Assembly (NCBI GenBank): GCA_013359225.1 | Contig: JABWCG010000001.1 | Location: 360,021 to 424,020 of the forward strand | Source: Candidatus Buchananbacteria bacterium | GTDB lineage: Bacteria > Patescibacteriota > Patescibacteriia > Buchananbacterales > UBA6539 | Length of the DNA: 64,000 nt | Direction of reading: 5' to 3' | In this document: positions 38,404-48,734 of the stretch, in pieces | How positions within the stretch are numbered: position 1 is the stretch's first letter | Layout of the letters: the number at the start of each line of letters is the position of its first letter | Notes under the pieces: model-generated | Database searches by the model: none | What the model saw: the letters and a program-made list of their open reading frames with translations, nothing else | Told to the model about the DNA's origin: nothing | Position numbers and translations under genes: made by a program

Positions 38404-39462
38404 TTACCGTGAGGCTTTTTCTTCACGAGTTGAAGAAGGAATCGCCACTTCCCGCAACAAATTATCATCTTCAAGAATTAAGCCCATTCCGCGAACAGCA
38501 CAAGTCAAAGGGTCTTCAATCACTTTGACTGGAATTTTAGTAGCCTGGGAAATAATCCGTTCTAGTCCCGCCAGTAATGCGCCACCGCCTGCCAACACAA
38601 TGCCGCGCTGGTAAATATCGGCGACCAATTCCGGCGGAGTAATTTCAATGGTACTTTTAATACCGTCAATAATTAAGGCTACTGACCGCTGTAGTGCGAA
38701 TTTAATTTGATCCGCCGAAACGGTTATCTCTTTAGGTAGTCCGGTGATTAAATCTCGGCCTCTCATTTTAAGCTCAATCGTTTCATCAGTATCAATAATT
38801 TTTCCGGCCCGATTCTTGGCATCTTCAGCCACTCGTTCACCAATCAATAGATTAAATTCTTGGCGAGCAAAATTGATAATATCCTGATTCAAACGAGCAC
38901 CAGCAGTTCGTAAAGATTTCCAAGCAACAACCCCGGATAATGAAATAACGGCAATTTCCGTTACGCCGCCGCCCAAGTCCACCACCATATTGCCGGAAGG
39001 ATCTTGAATCGGTAGTCGGGCGCCAACAGCTGTAGCAATGACATTTTCAACCAGGTAAACTTCCCGCGCGCCGGCAGACAAGACCACATCTTCAACTGCT
39101 TTTTTTTCAACTTCAGTAACATCAAGCGGCACGCCAATAACAACTCGCGGTCGCGGCGCCAAACCAAACCGTTCTTGATAAATCCGATCAATAAAATATT
39201 TCAACATTTTTTCCGTTACTTCAAAATCGGAAATAATACCGTCAACCAACGGTCGGGAAATGGTGATATGAGGTGGCGTTCGGCCCAACATTTTTTGAGC
39301 CTCTTCCCCTACTGCCAAAATCTGATCATTCCGATTGTTGATGGCAACAATTGACGCTTCGTTCACCACAATTCCACGATCCTTAACGTAAATCAAAGTA
39401 TTGGCCGTACCTAAATCAATACCGACATCTCGTGAAAATTTTTTAAATAATTTATTAATCAT
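38404..39462 (-). CDS. mreB: Rod shape-determining protein MreB (operonic copy)
   Basis: GIDLGTANT, DLGGGVTEIA, GGGALL; start placed at MINKLF. Confidence 0.95.
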   Translation of the reverse strand: MINKLFKKFSRDVGIDLGTANTLIYVKDRGIVVNEASIVAINNRNDQILAVGEEAQKMLGRTPPHITISRPLVDGIISDFEVTEKMLKYFIDRIYQERFGLAPRPRVVIGVPLDVTEVEKKAVEDVVLSAGAREVYLVENVIATAVGARLPIQDPSGNMVVDLGGGVTEIAVISLSGVVAWKSLRTAGARLNQDIINFARQEFNLLIGERVAEDAKNRAGKIIDTDETIELKMRGRDLITGLPKEITVSADQIKFALQRSVALIIDGIKSTIEITPPELVADIYQRGIVLAGGGALLAGLERIISQATKIPVKVIEDPLTCAVRGMGLILEDDNLLREVAIPSSTREEKASR

Positions 39463-39547
39463 AATTAGGTGTAGATGACATAAAACCGGCTCATCAAACC
39501 GCAACGTGTGCCGGTGGATTTTTACGGTTTTTGTTTTTTTACTGCCC

Positions 39548-40789
39548 CTACTCTAAAATCTTAATCAAGGCTGGCAAATCAACTATCTGGCTCTGCGTTT
39601 CTGATCGTTTTTTGACTTCAATTTTATTTTTCGTTTTATTAGAAACCACTAGTCGGTATGGCACTCCGATCAAATCGGAATCGGCAAACTTTTGCCCGGC
39701 AGTCACTTCGGCCCGGTCATCAAACAATACCTCAACGCCACGATCCAATAACTGTTTATATACCGCTTCGGCGGCGGCCATTACTTCGGCGTCTTCCCCT
39801 AATCTGATCAAATGAGCTTTAAACGGAGCTACATTTCCCGGCCACACAATGCCTTTATCGTCATTATATACTTCAACGATCGAACCCATGACCCGGCTCG
39901 GACCAATACCATAGCAGCCCATTATAACCGGACGCTTTTTACCGGTTTCGTCGACATACTCTAATTTAAACGGTTCTGAATATTTGGTCTTGAGTTGAAA
40001 AATATTTCCGACTTCAATCGCTTTTCCTTCTTGAATTTTTCCTGTCGCACACTTAGGACAAACGTTTCCTTGAGCTACTTCAGCAACTTCTTTATTTTGG
40101 CAATAGCGGCACTGGTTGCAATAATAAACCGTATCTTCGCCATATGGAGTTAAAACCTGAAACTCGTGGGAATATTTTGAAAAACTGCCTCCCGAAGCCT
40201 CCGTAACCAGCGCATCTAGCCCGCAGCGGCTAAACACCCGCTGATAGGCCGCTAACGCTTTTTCATAGTAGGCAACCAAATCGGCTTCGTCTTTATGAAA
40301 ACTATACAAATCTTTCATTGAAAACTCAATGCCGCGCATCAGACCCGATTTTGCCCGCGGTTCATTACGAAATTTATCCTGAATTTGATACAAATATAAT
40401 GGTAAATCTTTATACGAATTGACAAACTTTTTAACTAGCGGCGTGACTACCTCTTCATGAGTCCAGCCTAAACCGAATTCTTTCTTGCCACGCCCCTCAA
40501 ATTGAAACATCACCTCAGTGCCAGGATCCGTCCAACGACCGGTCTTTTCCCAAACTTCTTTAGGGTGAAGTGCCGGCATTAAAATTTCTTGTCCATCAAT
40601 ACCATCCATTTCTTCGCGAACAATTTTTTTAATTTTGTCCAGCACCCGCAACCCCAGCGGCAAATAAGTATACACTCCAGCCGTTAACTTATCAATAAAG
40701 CCGGCGCGGGTAAGCAATGTCGCATTAAGACTCACTTCGTCTTTTGGGGTTTCTTTTCTTGTTTTTCCAAATAGTTTAGATTGTCTCAT
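39548..40789 (-). CDS. proS: Proline--tRNA ligase (short form lacking the editing domain)
   Basis: MRQSKLF, KFRNEPRAKSGLMR, FSMKDLYSF, MGCYGIG. Confidence 0.95.
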   Translation of the reverse strand: MRQSKLFGKTRKETPKDEVSLNATLLTRAGFIDKLTAGVYTYLPLGLRVLDKIKKIVREEMDGIDGQEILMPALHPKEVWEKTGRWTDPGTEVMFQFEGRGKKEFGLGWTHEEVVTPLVKKFVNSYKDLPLYLYQIQDKFRNEPRAKSGLMRGIEFSMKDLYSFHKDEADLVAYYEKALAAYQRVFSRCGLDALVTEASGGSFSKYSHEFQVLTPYGEDTVYYCNQCRYCQNKEVAEVAQGNVCPKCATGKIQEGKAIEVGNIFQLKTKYSEPFKLEYVDETGKKRPVIMGCYGIGPSRVMGSIVEVYNDDKGIVWPGNVAPFKAHLIRLGEDAEVMAAAEAVYKQLLDRGVEVLFDDRAEVTAGQKFADSDLIGVPYRLVVSNKTKNKIEVKKRSETQSQIVDLPALIKILE

Positions 40790-40795
40790 GATAGT

Positions 40796-41164
40796 TTATT
40801 TACCAAATAATTTTGTCAGCCAACTTTTTGGTTTTTCCGCAACCTGCGCCCGATTATCAAGTTGATTTTTCATTAATCCCTCTAACCGATTTGCTTCTTT
40901 TTCAACCACCTCGCCGTCATATTCTCCGTTATGAGCCGACGACCCCGCATAAGAAGGTTTCTTTTGATCCAAGTGAAGATTAATATACGTCTTTAAATCA
41001 GAATCTTCATTTAGATAAGCGTGAAACCGGGGGTAAAAATCTCTGCTGAATCGCTTAGTGTAACTGGTAATACCGGTGTTTGGATCATTAAACTCCGCAT
41101 ACCCCGAGCGGCGCATAAAATTTCTGGGCGACTCCGGAAAGTTAAACGGGAAATATATCTTCAT
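40796..41164 (-). CDS. Conserved hypothetical protein
   Basis: In the rseP-proS run; FYPRFHAY and LHLDQKKPSY..HNGEY motifs; function unknown. Confidence 0.75.
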   Translation of the reverse strand: MKIYFPFNFPESPRNFMRRSGYAEFNDPNTGITSYTKRFSRDFYPRFHAYLNEDSDLKTYINLHLDQKKPSYAGSSAHNGEYDGEVVEKEANRLEGLMKNQLDNRAQVAEKPKSWLTKLFGK

Positions 41165-41167
41165 ATC

Positions 41168-42337
41168 CTAGAACATTCCGCCTAAACTGTTCCACCAGTT
41201 CAAAAATCCCGCCGACACTCTGGCAATATCACGAAAAGTCACAATTACCACCAAAATCATCAACAAAGCAAAACCAATATTGTGCATCAATGCCTCCAAT
41301 TTTGGATTAACCGGCTTTTTACGAACAGCTTCAAGTAGCAAAAAAGCAACTCGACCGCCATCAAGCGCCGGAAACGGCAGAAAGTTAATTACTGCAATAA
41401 TAACTGACAAAGCTGCAGTAAACTGCATTAAGTACAAGAAACCAAGCCGTGCAGCGTCACCAACTAATCCGGCGATACCGACCGGACCATAGACATCACC
41501 GATCAACTCTTGCGATACTACCAGACTCTTAATGATCAAGAAAAAACCAAAGATAACACCACCAATCATTTTTAAGGTTTCCCAAACACCAAAAACCGGC
41601 GCCAAATACCACGGATACGAAACCAGACCGGTTTCTAACAATGCAACACCCATCCCAGCACGTTGAGTTTCAGCTAAAATTTGAGGAACCACTTGCTTTT
41701 CCAAAACTTCGGACTTGCGTTCAATTTTCAAATTGACTGTCTGACCAACTTTCTGATCAAAATATTCCTGAAATTCTGCGATTTTGGTAAATGTCTGGTC
41801 ATCAACTGCTAAAATTGTATCAGCTACTTCAATCCCCGACTGAGCCGCTGGGGAACCTTCAAGCACCTGAAAAATTTTGATTTCAACGTTACTTACTTTG
41901 GCAAATCCAGAAAGCTTACCATCGTCAATAACCTGCGGCGACCCGATTGCCAAACTAATACTCAAGATCACAGCCGCTAAAATGACATTCATCGTCACCC
42001 CGGCAGAAAGCACCATAATTCGCTGCCAAATACTCTTACTACCAAAACTATCCGGCTCAACTACTTCGCTACCATCTTCGCCTTTAATTTTGACAAAGCC
42101 ACCTAGCGGGATCCAGTTCAACGACCAAATTGTCCCCGGGGCTTCTTTGGCTCGCAAACCAACGGCGCGCCAGTTACCTTCAGCTGATTTATAAAACCCA
42201 AACATTCTTGGGGGCAACCCAAGTCCGAACTCTTCAACTTTGATTCCGGCTCGTCGAGCAGTAATAAAATGTCCGAGCTCATGGACTAAAACCAAAATCC
42301 CTAAAACCGCAAAAAAAGCTATAAGTGTTATAAGCAT
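41168..42337 (-). CDS. rseP: RIP metalloprotease RseP
   Basis: HELGH, PDZ domain, NFLPFPALDGG. Confidence 0.95.
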   Translation of the reverse strand: MLITLIAFFAVLGILVLVHELGHFITARRAGIKVEEFGLGLPPRMFGFYKSAEGNWRAVGLRAKEAPGTIWSLNWIPLGGFVKIKGEDGSEVVEPDSFGSKSIWQRIMVLSAGVTMNVILAAVILSISLAIGSPQVIDDGKLSGFAKVSNVEIKIFQVLEGSPAAQSGIEVADTILAVDDQTFTKIAEFQEYFDQKVGQTVNLKIERKSEVLEKQVVPQILAETQRAGMGVALLETGLVSYPWYLAPVFGVWETLKMIGGVIFGFFLIIKSLVVSQELIGDVYGPVGIAGLVGDAARLGFLYLMQFTAALSVIIAVINFLPFPALDGGRVAFLLLEAVRKKPVNPKLEALMHNIGFALLMILVVIVTFRDIARVSAGFLNWWNSLGGMF

Positions 42338-42343
42338 AAAAGT

Positions 42344-42898
42344 TTAAATCGTCATTATTTCTTTTTCTTTTTTTTCTCCGACCAATTTTATTTTTTCGTT
42401 ATACTCCTTAACTAGATCATCAAGCTTCTTTTGTAAGGCATACTTATCATCCTCGGTAATTTCTTTGTTCTTTTCCTGCTTGGCAATATCATCACGAACC
42501 TTATCGCGGATCTGACGGATAGCGATCTTAGCTTTTTCCATTTTTTCACCAACCGCTTTCACCAACTCCTTGCGGCTTTCTTCAGTCAACGGCGGAACGC
42601 TTAAACGAATCTGAGCGCCCTCATTAACCGGGTTAATACCAATATTCGCCAGCACAATTCCCTTTTCAATGTCTTTTGAAATAGTTTTGTCCCAGGGCTG
42701 AATTAAAATAGTCCGGGCCTCTGGCACTGAAATTGAGGCAAGCTGTTTAAGCGGCGTTTTGGCGCCATAGGCTTCAATCAATATGTTCTCAACAATCATC
42801 GGATTAGCTCGACCGACACGCATGGTTGCCAAATCATTATTCAAATTCTCTAATGATTTATCAAGTTCTTTTTTATGAATATCTAATAGTGGTTCCAT
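42344..42898 (-). CDS. frr: Ribosome recycling factor
   Basis: RVGRANP, IQPWDK, PPLTEESRK; start placed at MEPLL. Confidence 0.96.
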   Translation of the reverse strand: MEPLLDIHKKELDKSLENLNNDLATMRVGRANPMIVENILIEAYGAKTPLKQLASISVPEARTILIQPWDKTISKDIEKGIVLANIGINPVNEGAQIRLSVPPLTEESRKELVKAVGEKMEKAKIAIRQIRDKVRDDIAKQEKNKEITEDDKYALQKKLDDLVKEYNEKIKLVGEKKEKEIMTI

Positions 42899-42902
42899 AA
42901 TT

Positions 42903-43952
42903 TTATCTTTTGGGATTAGCAAAACTTAAATAAATAACATTTGGATCAACCGGATCAATTTTTAATTCACTTGCCACTGCCGATGAAGGTAGGCGCCGCG
43001 TAATCCAGTTCTGTCCGCCATCGGTAGTTTTATAAAATGTAGAAGCGGTTGCATAATAGATTTCCTGGTTATTTTGCGATCCAATGGCGACAGCAAAAAT
43101 ATCAGTTGTCGCCGGCGGAGTAATTAATGTGATAGGCTGCCAGGATCCACCGCCGTCCTCAGTCTTTAACAAACCATATTTAGCAACCAATAGTAACGAA
43201 TTAGCCTTGGTCGGATCAAAAATTAAATCTCGGTATTCAAATGATCCGGAATACTGTTTTAGCCCTTCGTTTATCTCCAACCAATCAGAACCACTACTAA
43301 TTGTCTTAAAAATTCCCTTACCCTGAGTTGCCGCATATGCAACCCGTGAATCGTTAGGATCTATCAGAATTTTACGAATCGGGCTGTTTAATCGTCCAAT
43401 CACCCGCCAGTTACCACCACCATCAACACTCTTTAAAATATCACCTGCCGAATTACCAGCATAAACTACTAAGTTATCAAACCAATCTACCGCCAACGCC
43501 GTCAACGACTTATCAGTTCTGGTATCAATATAAACTTCTGACCAAGTACGACTGCAATCAGTGGTCTTTAAAAGCGTATTGGCATATGTAGCGTAAATAA
43601 CGCACTTATTTTTAGGATCAATTGCCACCGACTCAATTTTGCCATTCCCGATCTGATTAACTTTCATCCAGCTTTCACCGCCGTCATATGTATAAAACAA
43701 ACCGTCGGCTTCAGTGGTCATATAAATTGCGCCTCGGTCCTGAGGATCAAATGTCAAATCAATGACATTAACTCCCGCAATGTTACCGACACCCCCGGAA
43801 TATAGAAACAAATTTTTCTCTGTCCAGTCGTCACCCTTGTTAAAAGATTTAAAAACGCCGGCCACGCCTTGCGGTGCCGTATTACCAAATTTAATAACAC
43901 AACCACTGACAAAAACTGACACTAATAACAGAGAACATAAAATTTTTTTCAT
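42903..43952 (-). CDS. BNR/Asp-box repeat beta-propeller lipoprotein (Ycf48-like)
   Basis: Lipobox VSGC; repeated [ST]xDGGxxW motifs. Confidence 0.85.
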   Translation of the reverse strand: MKKILCSLLLVSVFVSGCVIKFGNTAPQGVAGVFKSFNKGDDWTEKNLFLYSGGVGNIAGVNVIDLTFDPQDRGAIYMTTEADGLFYTYDGGESWMKVNQIGNGKIESVAIDPKNKCVIYATYANTLLKTTDCSRTWSEVYIDTRTDKSLTALAVDWFDNLVVYAGNSAGDILKSVDGGGNWRVIGRLNSPIRKILIDPNDSRVAYAATQGKGIFKTISSGSDWLEINEGLKQYSGSFEYRDLIFDPTKANSLLLVAKYGLLKTEDGGGSWQPITLITPPATTDIFAVAIGSQNNQEIYYATASTFYKTTDGGQNWITRRLPSSAVASELKIDPVDPNVIYLSFANPKR

Positions 43953-43963
43953 AAAGTTTTAAA

Positions 43964-44989
43964 TTAAAATTTTAAAACTAGATTTTCTAAAGTTAATTTG
44001 GGGCCAACATTGCTGTCCAAATATCTTTTTGCTAAATCAATTTCATTAATCATTGCAGTAATATCACCGGCTTCAAAGCGAGCGGCTAGACGCTCCAGAT
44101 CATTTGCTACCAAACCATTACTGATCAAATTAGGCACACTATTTTTTATTAACAGCACATCACGCAAAATTTTGCGCCAGGTTAATAACACTTCTTTTGT
44201 TTCATCAACGTCATTGCTGACCAGTTCACTAATAAACTTAAACCGACTTGAAATGTCTTGATTTATAAGGGCGAGAAACATCCGAACCGTTTCCTGAAAA
44301 TCAAGGTAGCCATCATGGTCTTCATAATACCGCAAAGCAAGGCCCGGCAGACCAAAAGATACTGCTGTTAATGTTTTAGCTTTCTTGCGTTCAACTTTTA
44401 TAGAAGTCAGATAATCAATAATTTCTTTGTCGGAAACTGGACGAAATTTAATGACCTGACAGCGGGAAACAATCGTTTTTGGCAATCGGCTTGACGTATT
44501 ACTCAAAAGAATCAAAACTGTTTTTGCCGAAGGCTCTTCCAAGCCTTTCAATAAAGCATTTGCCGCTTCGAGGCTTAATGTCTGAGCATCACTGATAACG
44601 GCAACTTTATAAGAGTTTAAAAAGGATCGCAAATTCAATTTTGACTGTAGTTCCCTGATCTGTTCAATACTGATATTCTTTTTTAACTTGCCGGTTTTTT
44701 CGTTTATTTCTCGTTTAAGCCAATAAATGTCGGGATGAATTTCCTGAATCGCCTGCCGGCACCCCGGACACTCGCCGCACGGCAAACTGCCTTTATGCTG
44801 ATCAAAATTATGGCAGACCAAGGCGTGAGTAAACAATTTTGCAACTGTTGCCTTACCAAGATGATCCGGTCCCACAAATAAATACGCGTGGGCTAAATTC
44901 TTATTGGCTAAACTATTTTGTAGATAAGTAACAATATTAGAGTGGCCGATTATAGGCCACCTTAGATGATTACTTGCCTCTTTTGACAT
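43964..44989 (-). CDS. holB: DNA polymerase III subunit delta'
   Basis: HAYLFVGP..LGK, PCGECPGC, HPD, AANALLKGLEEP, SRC. Confidence 0.93.
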   Translation of the reverse strand: MSKEASNHLRWPIIGHSNIVTYLQNSLANKNLAHAYLFVGPDHLGKATVAKLFTHALVCHNFDQHKGSLPCGECPGCRQAIQEIHPDIYWLKREINEKTGKLKKNISIEQIRELQSKLNLRSFLNSYKVAVISDAQTLSLEAANALLKGLEEPSAKTVLILLSNTSSRLPKTIVSRCQVIKFRPVSDKEIIDYLTSIKVERKKAKTLTAVSFGLPGLALRYYEDHDGYLDFQETVRMFLALINQDISSRFKFISELVSNDVDETKEVLLTWRKILRDVLLIKNSVPNLISNGLVANDLERLAARFEAGDITAMINEIDLAKRYLDSNVGPKLTLENLVLKF

Positions 44990-45091
44990 GGTTACATTTT
45001 AACACAAAATTAGCTTTTGGCAAGTATTAATTAGACCACAAAATAGCAAAAATAAAAAGGATTAAATTTGCCTAAATTTTTAATCCTATAT

Positions 45092-46105
45092 TTAGTCCTG
45101 CCAAAGCTTTTTTGCCTCATTCCAAATCTCCGGCCGACCCTGCTGTTTTGCCCAGTACCAGTATTCAACACCCCAAAGATACACTTCATTAAACCCTGCC
45201 TGCCGGACATATGAAATATTGTTTTTAAAACGATTCAAATCAAACGACCGAGCCTGCTGTGCCTCAGTCAACTCAATCATCCTTTTGTCAAGCGTCCACG
45301 GCTCCATTTGTAATTCTGTGACCAAAACTCCTTTTAAATTGCCGTTCAAAAATCCGGTGATGTCTGCCTTAAAGCGATATGCTGCCGGCGGCACGAAAAA
45401 ATAATCCCAAAAACCCAAATATTTATTCCAAACGATGCGATACAACGTAATACCAAGTTTGTCCGCCAGACCAGCCGCTGTTTGCCAGTGGTTGAGCTCA
45501 CCACTATCAGTAATAATAATGTCGCGGCTATCAAGCGCCCGAACAGCATCAACTTCCTGCCGCAAAAACTGCTTATCCGGTTTCGGACACTTCCCAAACC
45601 AGGAGAATAAAGGTTCGTTTTCTATCTGCCAGCTTTTAACTACCTGACGATCACGATACCGATTAATTGTCTCCTTAACAAATTCCAATTGATGCTGCTG
45701 GACTGCCAGCTTCGCTAAATCATTGATCCAGGCCGGATCATGACACTCCGGCCAGCGCGGTGCGCGACGGCCAACTGTCAGTATAACCTCAACATCGCGC
45801 CGCTCGGCCTCGGCTAATTGCCAATCAAGCTTCGAAAAATCAAATTGATCCTGAATTGCCTCAATGTCGTCCCAATAGGCAATTAATCGAATTTTATCGA
45901 CCCCTAAATCGTCTAAGATTGCCAAATAGCTTTCTTGCCAGTTTAATTCTAAATCACTAGCATATTTATCGCTGAATGTAACCCCAAAATTCACTTCCTG
46001 CTGTCCAAAATCAAGACTAAATAAAAAAAGCCAGCCAATGGCCAAAATTGCCGCAACTGTCAAAAAAATAACCAATCTTTTAACGATTTTATAAGATTTA
46101 TACAT
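45092..46105 (-). CDS. Membrane-anchored clan GH-A glycoside hydrolase-like protein
   Basis: WQIENEP (acid/base) and TELQMEPW (nucleophile-like) motifs; N-terminal TM. Confidence 0.78.
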   Translation of the reverse strand: MYKSYKIVKRLVIFLTVAAILAIGWLFLFSLDFGQQEVNFGVTFSDKYASDLELNWQESYLAILDDLGVDKIRLIAYWDDIEAIQDQFDFSKLDWQLAEAERRDVEVILTVGRRAPRWPECHDPAWINDLAKLAVQQHQLEFVKETINRYRDRQVVKSWQIENEPLFSWFGKCPKPDKQFLRQEVDAVRALDSRDIIITDSGELNHWQTAAGLADKLGITLYRIVWNKYLGFWDYFFVPPAAYRFKADITGFLNGNLKGVLVTELQMEPWTLDKRMIELTEAQQARSFDLNRFKNNISYVRQAGFNEVYLWGVEYWYWAKQQGRPEIWNEAKKLWQD

Positions 46106-46133
46106 ATTTTAATTATAACAATTTAAAACAGCC

Positions 46134-46162
46134 TTGACAAAGAAACTAAAATCATTTATAGT
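46134..46162 (+). promoter_or_regulatory. Sigma-70 promoter
   Basis: TTGACA (46134-46139), 17 bp, TATAGT (46157-46162). Confidence 0.7.
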
Positions 46163-46264
46163 GTTATACATAATTTCTCCTTTTTCCGGGGGATTTTATT
46201 GTTCATTCGGCGAGACCATCAGGTCTCATAACCCTCTAAAAGAAGAGGAAGTGGAGGCAGGACA

Positions 46265-46444
46265 TTGAAGCAGTGTTCCGACAAGCAGAATGATGGCGGT
46301 TTTCATGCCGGTGTGGGCGTACAACGTCACCTCATCGTCCCCGACGATGCTTCTGGCGATCAACGCGAAATGACCTCACAACAGGGTATGACCCTGAGTG
46401 AAGCATACCGCGCTGTTGCCCAGCACCTGGCATTTGCCCGTTAA
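46265..46444 (+). CDS. Small hypothetical protein (59 aa, TTG start)
   Basis: SD GGAGG 7 nt upstream; MKQCSDKQ...QHLAFAR; own promoter and terminator (46464-46516). Confidence 0.55.
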   Translation: MKQCSDKQNDGGFHAGVGVQRHLIVPDDASGDQREMTSQQGMTLSEAYRAVAQHLAFAR

Positions 46445-46547
46445 TCCTGCTTAATCCGTCCCCGACGAGGCGCAACTCAACCCTACAAGGTTGTTTTGCT
46501 CCTCGTCTCTTTTTTTAAATAAAAAGACTCTCGTTAAAAAACGACAG

Positions 46548-46763
46548 TCAAAGGATATCGCTATCCCACGTATGCTTGCCGGCTTTAATTTCGGCAACAA
46601 TTGAATCCTCCTCAGCTCGTGATGAAGCATTCCACAACTTCATCAAAATCCGAAATGGCACTTTCTGCAGAAGCGCCCAAGAATACAAAAAGTCTTTTCG
46701 GCACGCATGCGCCAACTCTGGACGAAGATAGCCGTCCGATGACGGCTTGCCATTATCAGACAT
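46548..46763 (-). CDS. Small hypothetical protein (71 aa)
   Basis: SD AGGAGGT 6 nt before ATG; MSDNGKPS...WDSDIL; downstream of the second mreB. Confidence 0.6.
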   Translation of the reverse strand: MSDNGKPSSDGYLRPELAHACRKDFLYSWALLQKVPFRILMKLWNASSRAEEDSIVAEIKAGKHTWDSDIL

Positions 46764-46794
46764 ACCCCAACCTCCTGTCGGGTGGTGAAAGGAA

Positions 46795-47802
46795 CTACTT
46801 AATTGCCAAGATGCTTCGTTTGTACGACTCAAGATTTTCCAGCGCGATGCCGGTACCTTTTGCCACACAAAACAAAGCTTCATCGGCAACATAAGCCGGA
46901 ACGCCTGTTACTTGGGTAATCAGTTGGTCGATATTACGAAGCAAACTTGAACCACCAGACATAATAATTCCCTTATCGATCACGTCTGCCGAAAGCTCTG
47001 GCGGGGTTTTATGCAATACATCTTTTACTGCCTGAATAATGCCTTCAAGCTCAGCCTGAATAGCATCGGTAATGTCATCGGAAGTTACTGTAATCGTTCG
47101 CGGCAAACCACTTACCACATCACGACCGCGAACTTCTTCAGTCAAACGTTCTTCTAAATACATCGCTGAACCGATATCAATTTTGATTCGTTCAGCGCTG
47201 CGCTCACCAATCGCCAAATTGTAGCGACGACGAATATGTTCAGCAATTGCACTGTCAAAACGGTTACCACCAATTCGTACCGATGTTGAGGCCACGATAC
47301 CGCCCAAAGAAATAACTGCCATTTCTGAAGTGCCGCCACCAATATCAATAATCATATGGCCAGACGGCGAACCAATCGGAATATCAGCGCCAATTGCCGC
47401 TACAATCGGCTCCTTAATGATATACGCCGCCTTCGCACCAGCAGCAATAGTTGCGTCAATCACCGCACGACGCTCAGTTGAAGTGATACCAGCCGGTACG
47501 GCAACCATCACTTCAGGACGAAATAATCGTACACCACCCAATGCCTTATTGACGAAATATCTCAACATCGCAGCGGTTGTTTTATAATCAGCAATTACAC
47601 CATCTTTCATCGGCCGCACGGCAATGATCGTGTCAGGAGTGCGTCCCAACATTTCTTTTGCCTCTGCTCCAACGGCCAAAATTTTCTTATCAACAACAGA
47701 AACTGCCACCACGGACGGTTCATTAATAACGATTCCTCGCTTTGGTACATATACTAGCGAATTCGTAGTTCCCAGATCAATTCCGATCTTCTTTATCAAC
47801 AT
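46795..47802 (-). CDS. mreB: MreB/Mbl actin homolog (stand-alone paralog)
   Basis: GIDLGTTN, EPSVVA, DIGGGTSE, GGSSLL. Confidence 0.93.
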   Translation of the reverse strand: MLIKKIGIDLGTTNSLVYVPKRGIVINEPSVVAVSVVDKKILAVGAEAKEMLGRTPDTIIAVRPMKDGVIADYKTTAAMLRYFVNKALGGVRLFRPEVMVAVPAGITSTERRAVIDATIAAGAKAAYIIKEPIVAAIGADIPIGSPSGHMIIDIGGGTSEMAVISLGGIVASTSVRIGGNRFDSAIAEHIRRRYNLAIGERSAERIKIDIGSAMYLEERLTEEVRGRDVVSGLPRTITVTSDDITDAIQAELEGIIQAVKDVLHKTPPELSADVIDKGIIMSGGSSLLRNIDQLITQVTGVPAYVADEALFCVAKGTGIALENLESYKRSILAIK

Positions 47803-47863
47803 TGAAAAAATAGTTAATTTTGTTCCTTAATAGTAGTAGAAAAGCCTTTTTTTGTCCAGCCAG

Positions 47864-48730
47864 TTAACGATTCGGCAACCTGGCTCCCAAATATTTAACA
47901 AAATATTTAATACCTGAAATAATGTGAATCCGCCCCCCTCTGCTGAATACACCCAACACCCCACTGCGCTCGGCGGAAAGGCGCTGGTGGTAATGTACCA
48001 TTTCCACTTCAGTAAAATAAATGACTTGATAGCCCGCTGTCCAACATCGCCGGCACAAATCCAAATCTTCAAAATACATAAAAAATCTTTCATCAAGCAG
48101 ACCAATCTTATCAAGTACTGGCCGGCTAATCAGCAGACAAGCACCAAACAGCCAATCAACTTCTTGGTTTAACTGGTGTGTCAGGTCTTTCATCAAATAG
48201 CTGTCAACCGATCGTCTGGCCCACGGTAACCGACCCACTAATGTCCGGCGATACAATGGCGTCAAAAAATTAGGAAACCGCCTGGCGGAATATTGGACTG
48301 AACCATCAGGATTAATCAATTTCGGCCCGATAATACCGGTAGCCGGGTGTGACCTCATATAATCAACCATTTTTTCCAAAGCACCAGGGACTACGGCGAT
48401 ATCGGGATTAAGGACCATGATATACTCCCCCGCAGCCGCTTTAATGCCCAAATTATTGCCAACCGCAAAGCCCCCATTGGTCTTAGCGGCAATAGTTTTA
48501 ATTGGCGGAATAACTAAATTATTTCCCAACGGTAGCGTTTGCTGCTGATTTCGGGCAGAACTTTGCGCTAGAAACATATTTTGGACCATCTCTAAAACAC
48601 CGTCGCCGGAATTATTATCTACCACGATAATTTCATATGACAACTGGGGCTGCGCTGTCACAATACCTTTAACACATTGTTTAACCAGCCCCTTTTGTTT
48701 GTAATTTAAAATGACAATTGATAAATCCAT
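47864..48730 (-). CDS. Glycosyltransferase family 2
   Basis: SIVILNY, VDNNSGD, GFAVGNN, LNPD, YFEDLD. Confidence 0.92.
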   Translation of the reverse strand: MDLSIVILNYKQKGLVKQCVKGIVTAQPQLSYEIIVVDNNSGDGVLEMVQNMFLAQSSARNQQQTLPLGNNLVIPPIKTIAAKTNGGFAVGNNLGIKAAAGEYIMVLNPDIAVVPGALEKMVDYMRSHPATGIIGPKLINPDGSVQYSARRFPNFLTPLYRRTLVGRLPWARRSVDSYLMKDLTHQLNQEVDWLFGACLLISRPVLDKIGLLDERFFMYFEDLDLCRRCWTAGYQVIYFTEVEMVHYHQRLSAERSGVLGVFSRGGRIHIISGIKYFVKYLGARLPNR

Positions 48731-48734
48731 ACGT

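Noticed and set aside
46185-46516. tmRNA (GGGGA start, ORF ending LAFAR)
   Set aside because: No GGxTTCGAC 5' motif, no T-arm or CCA 3' end; better explained as an SD-led small ORF.
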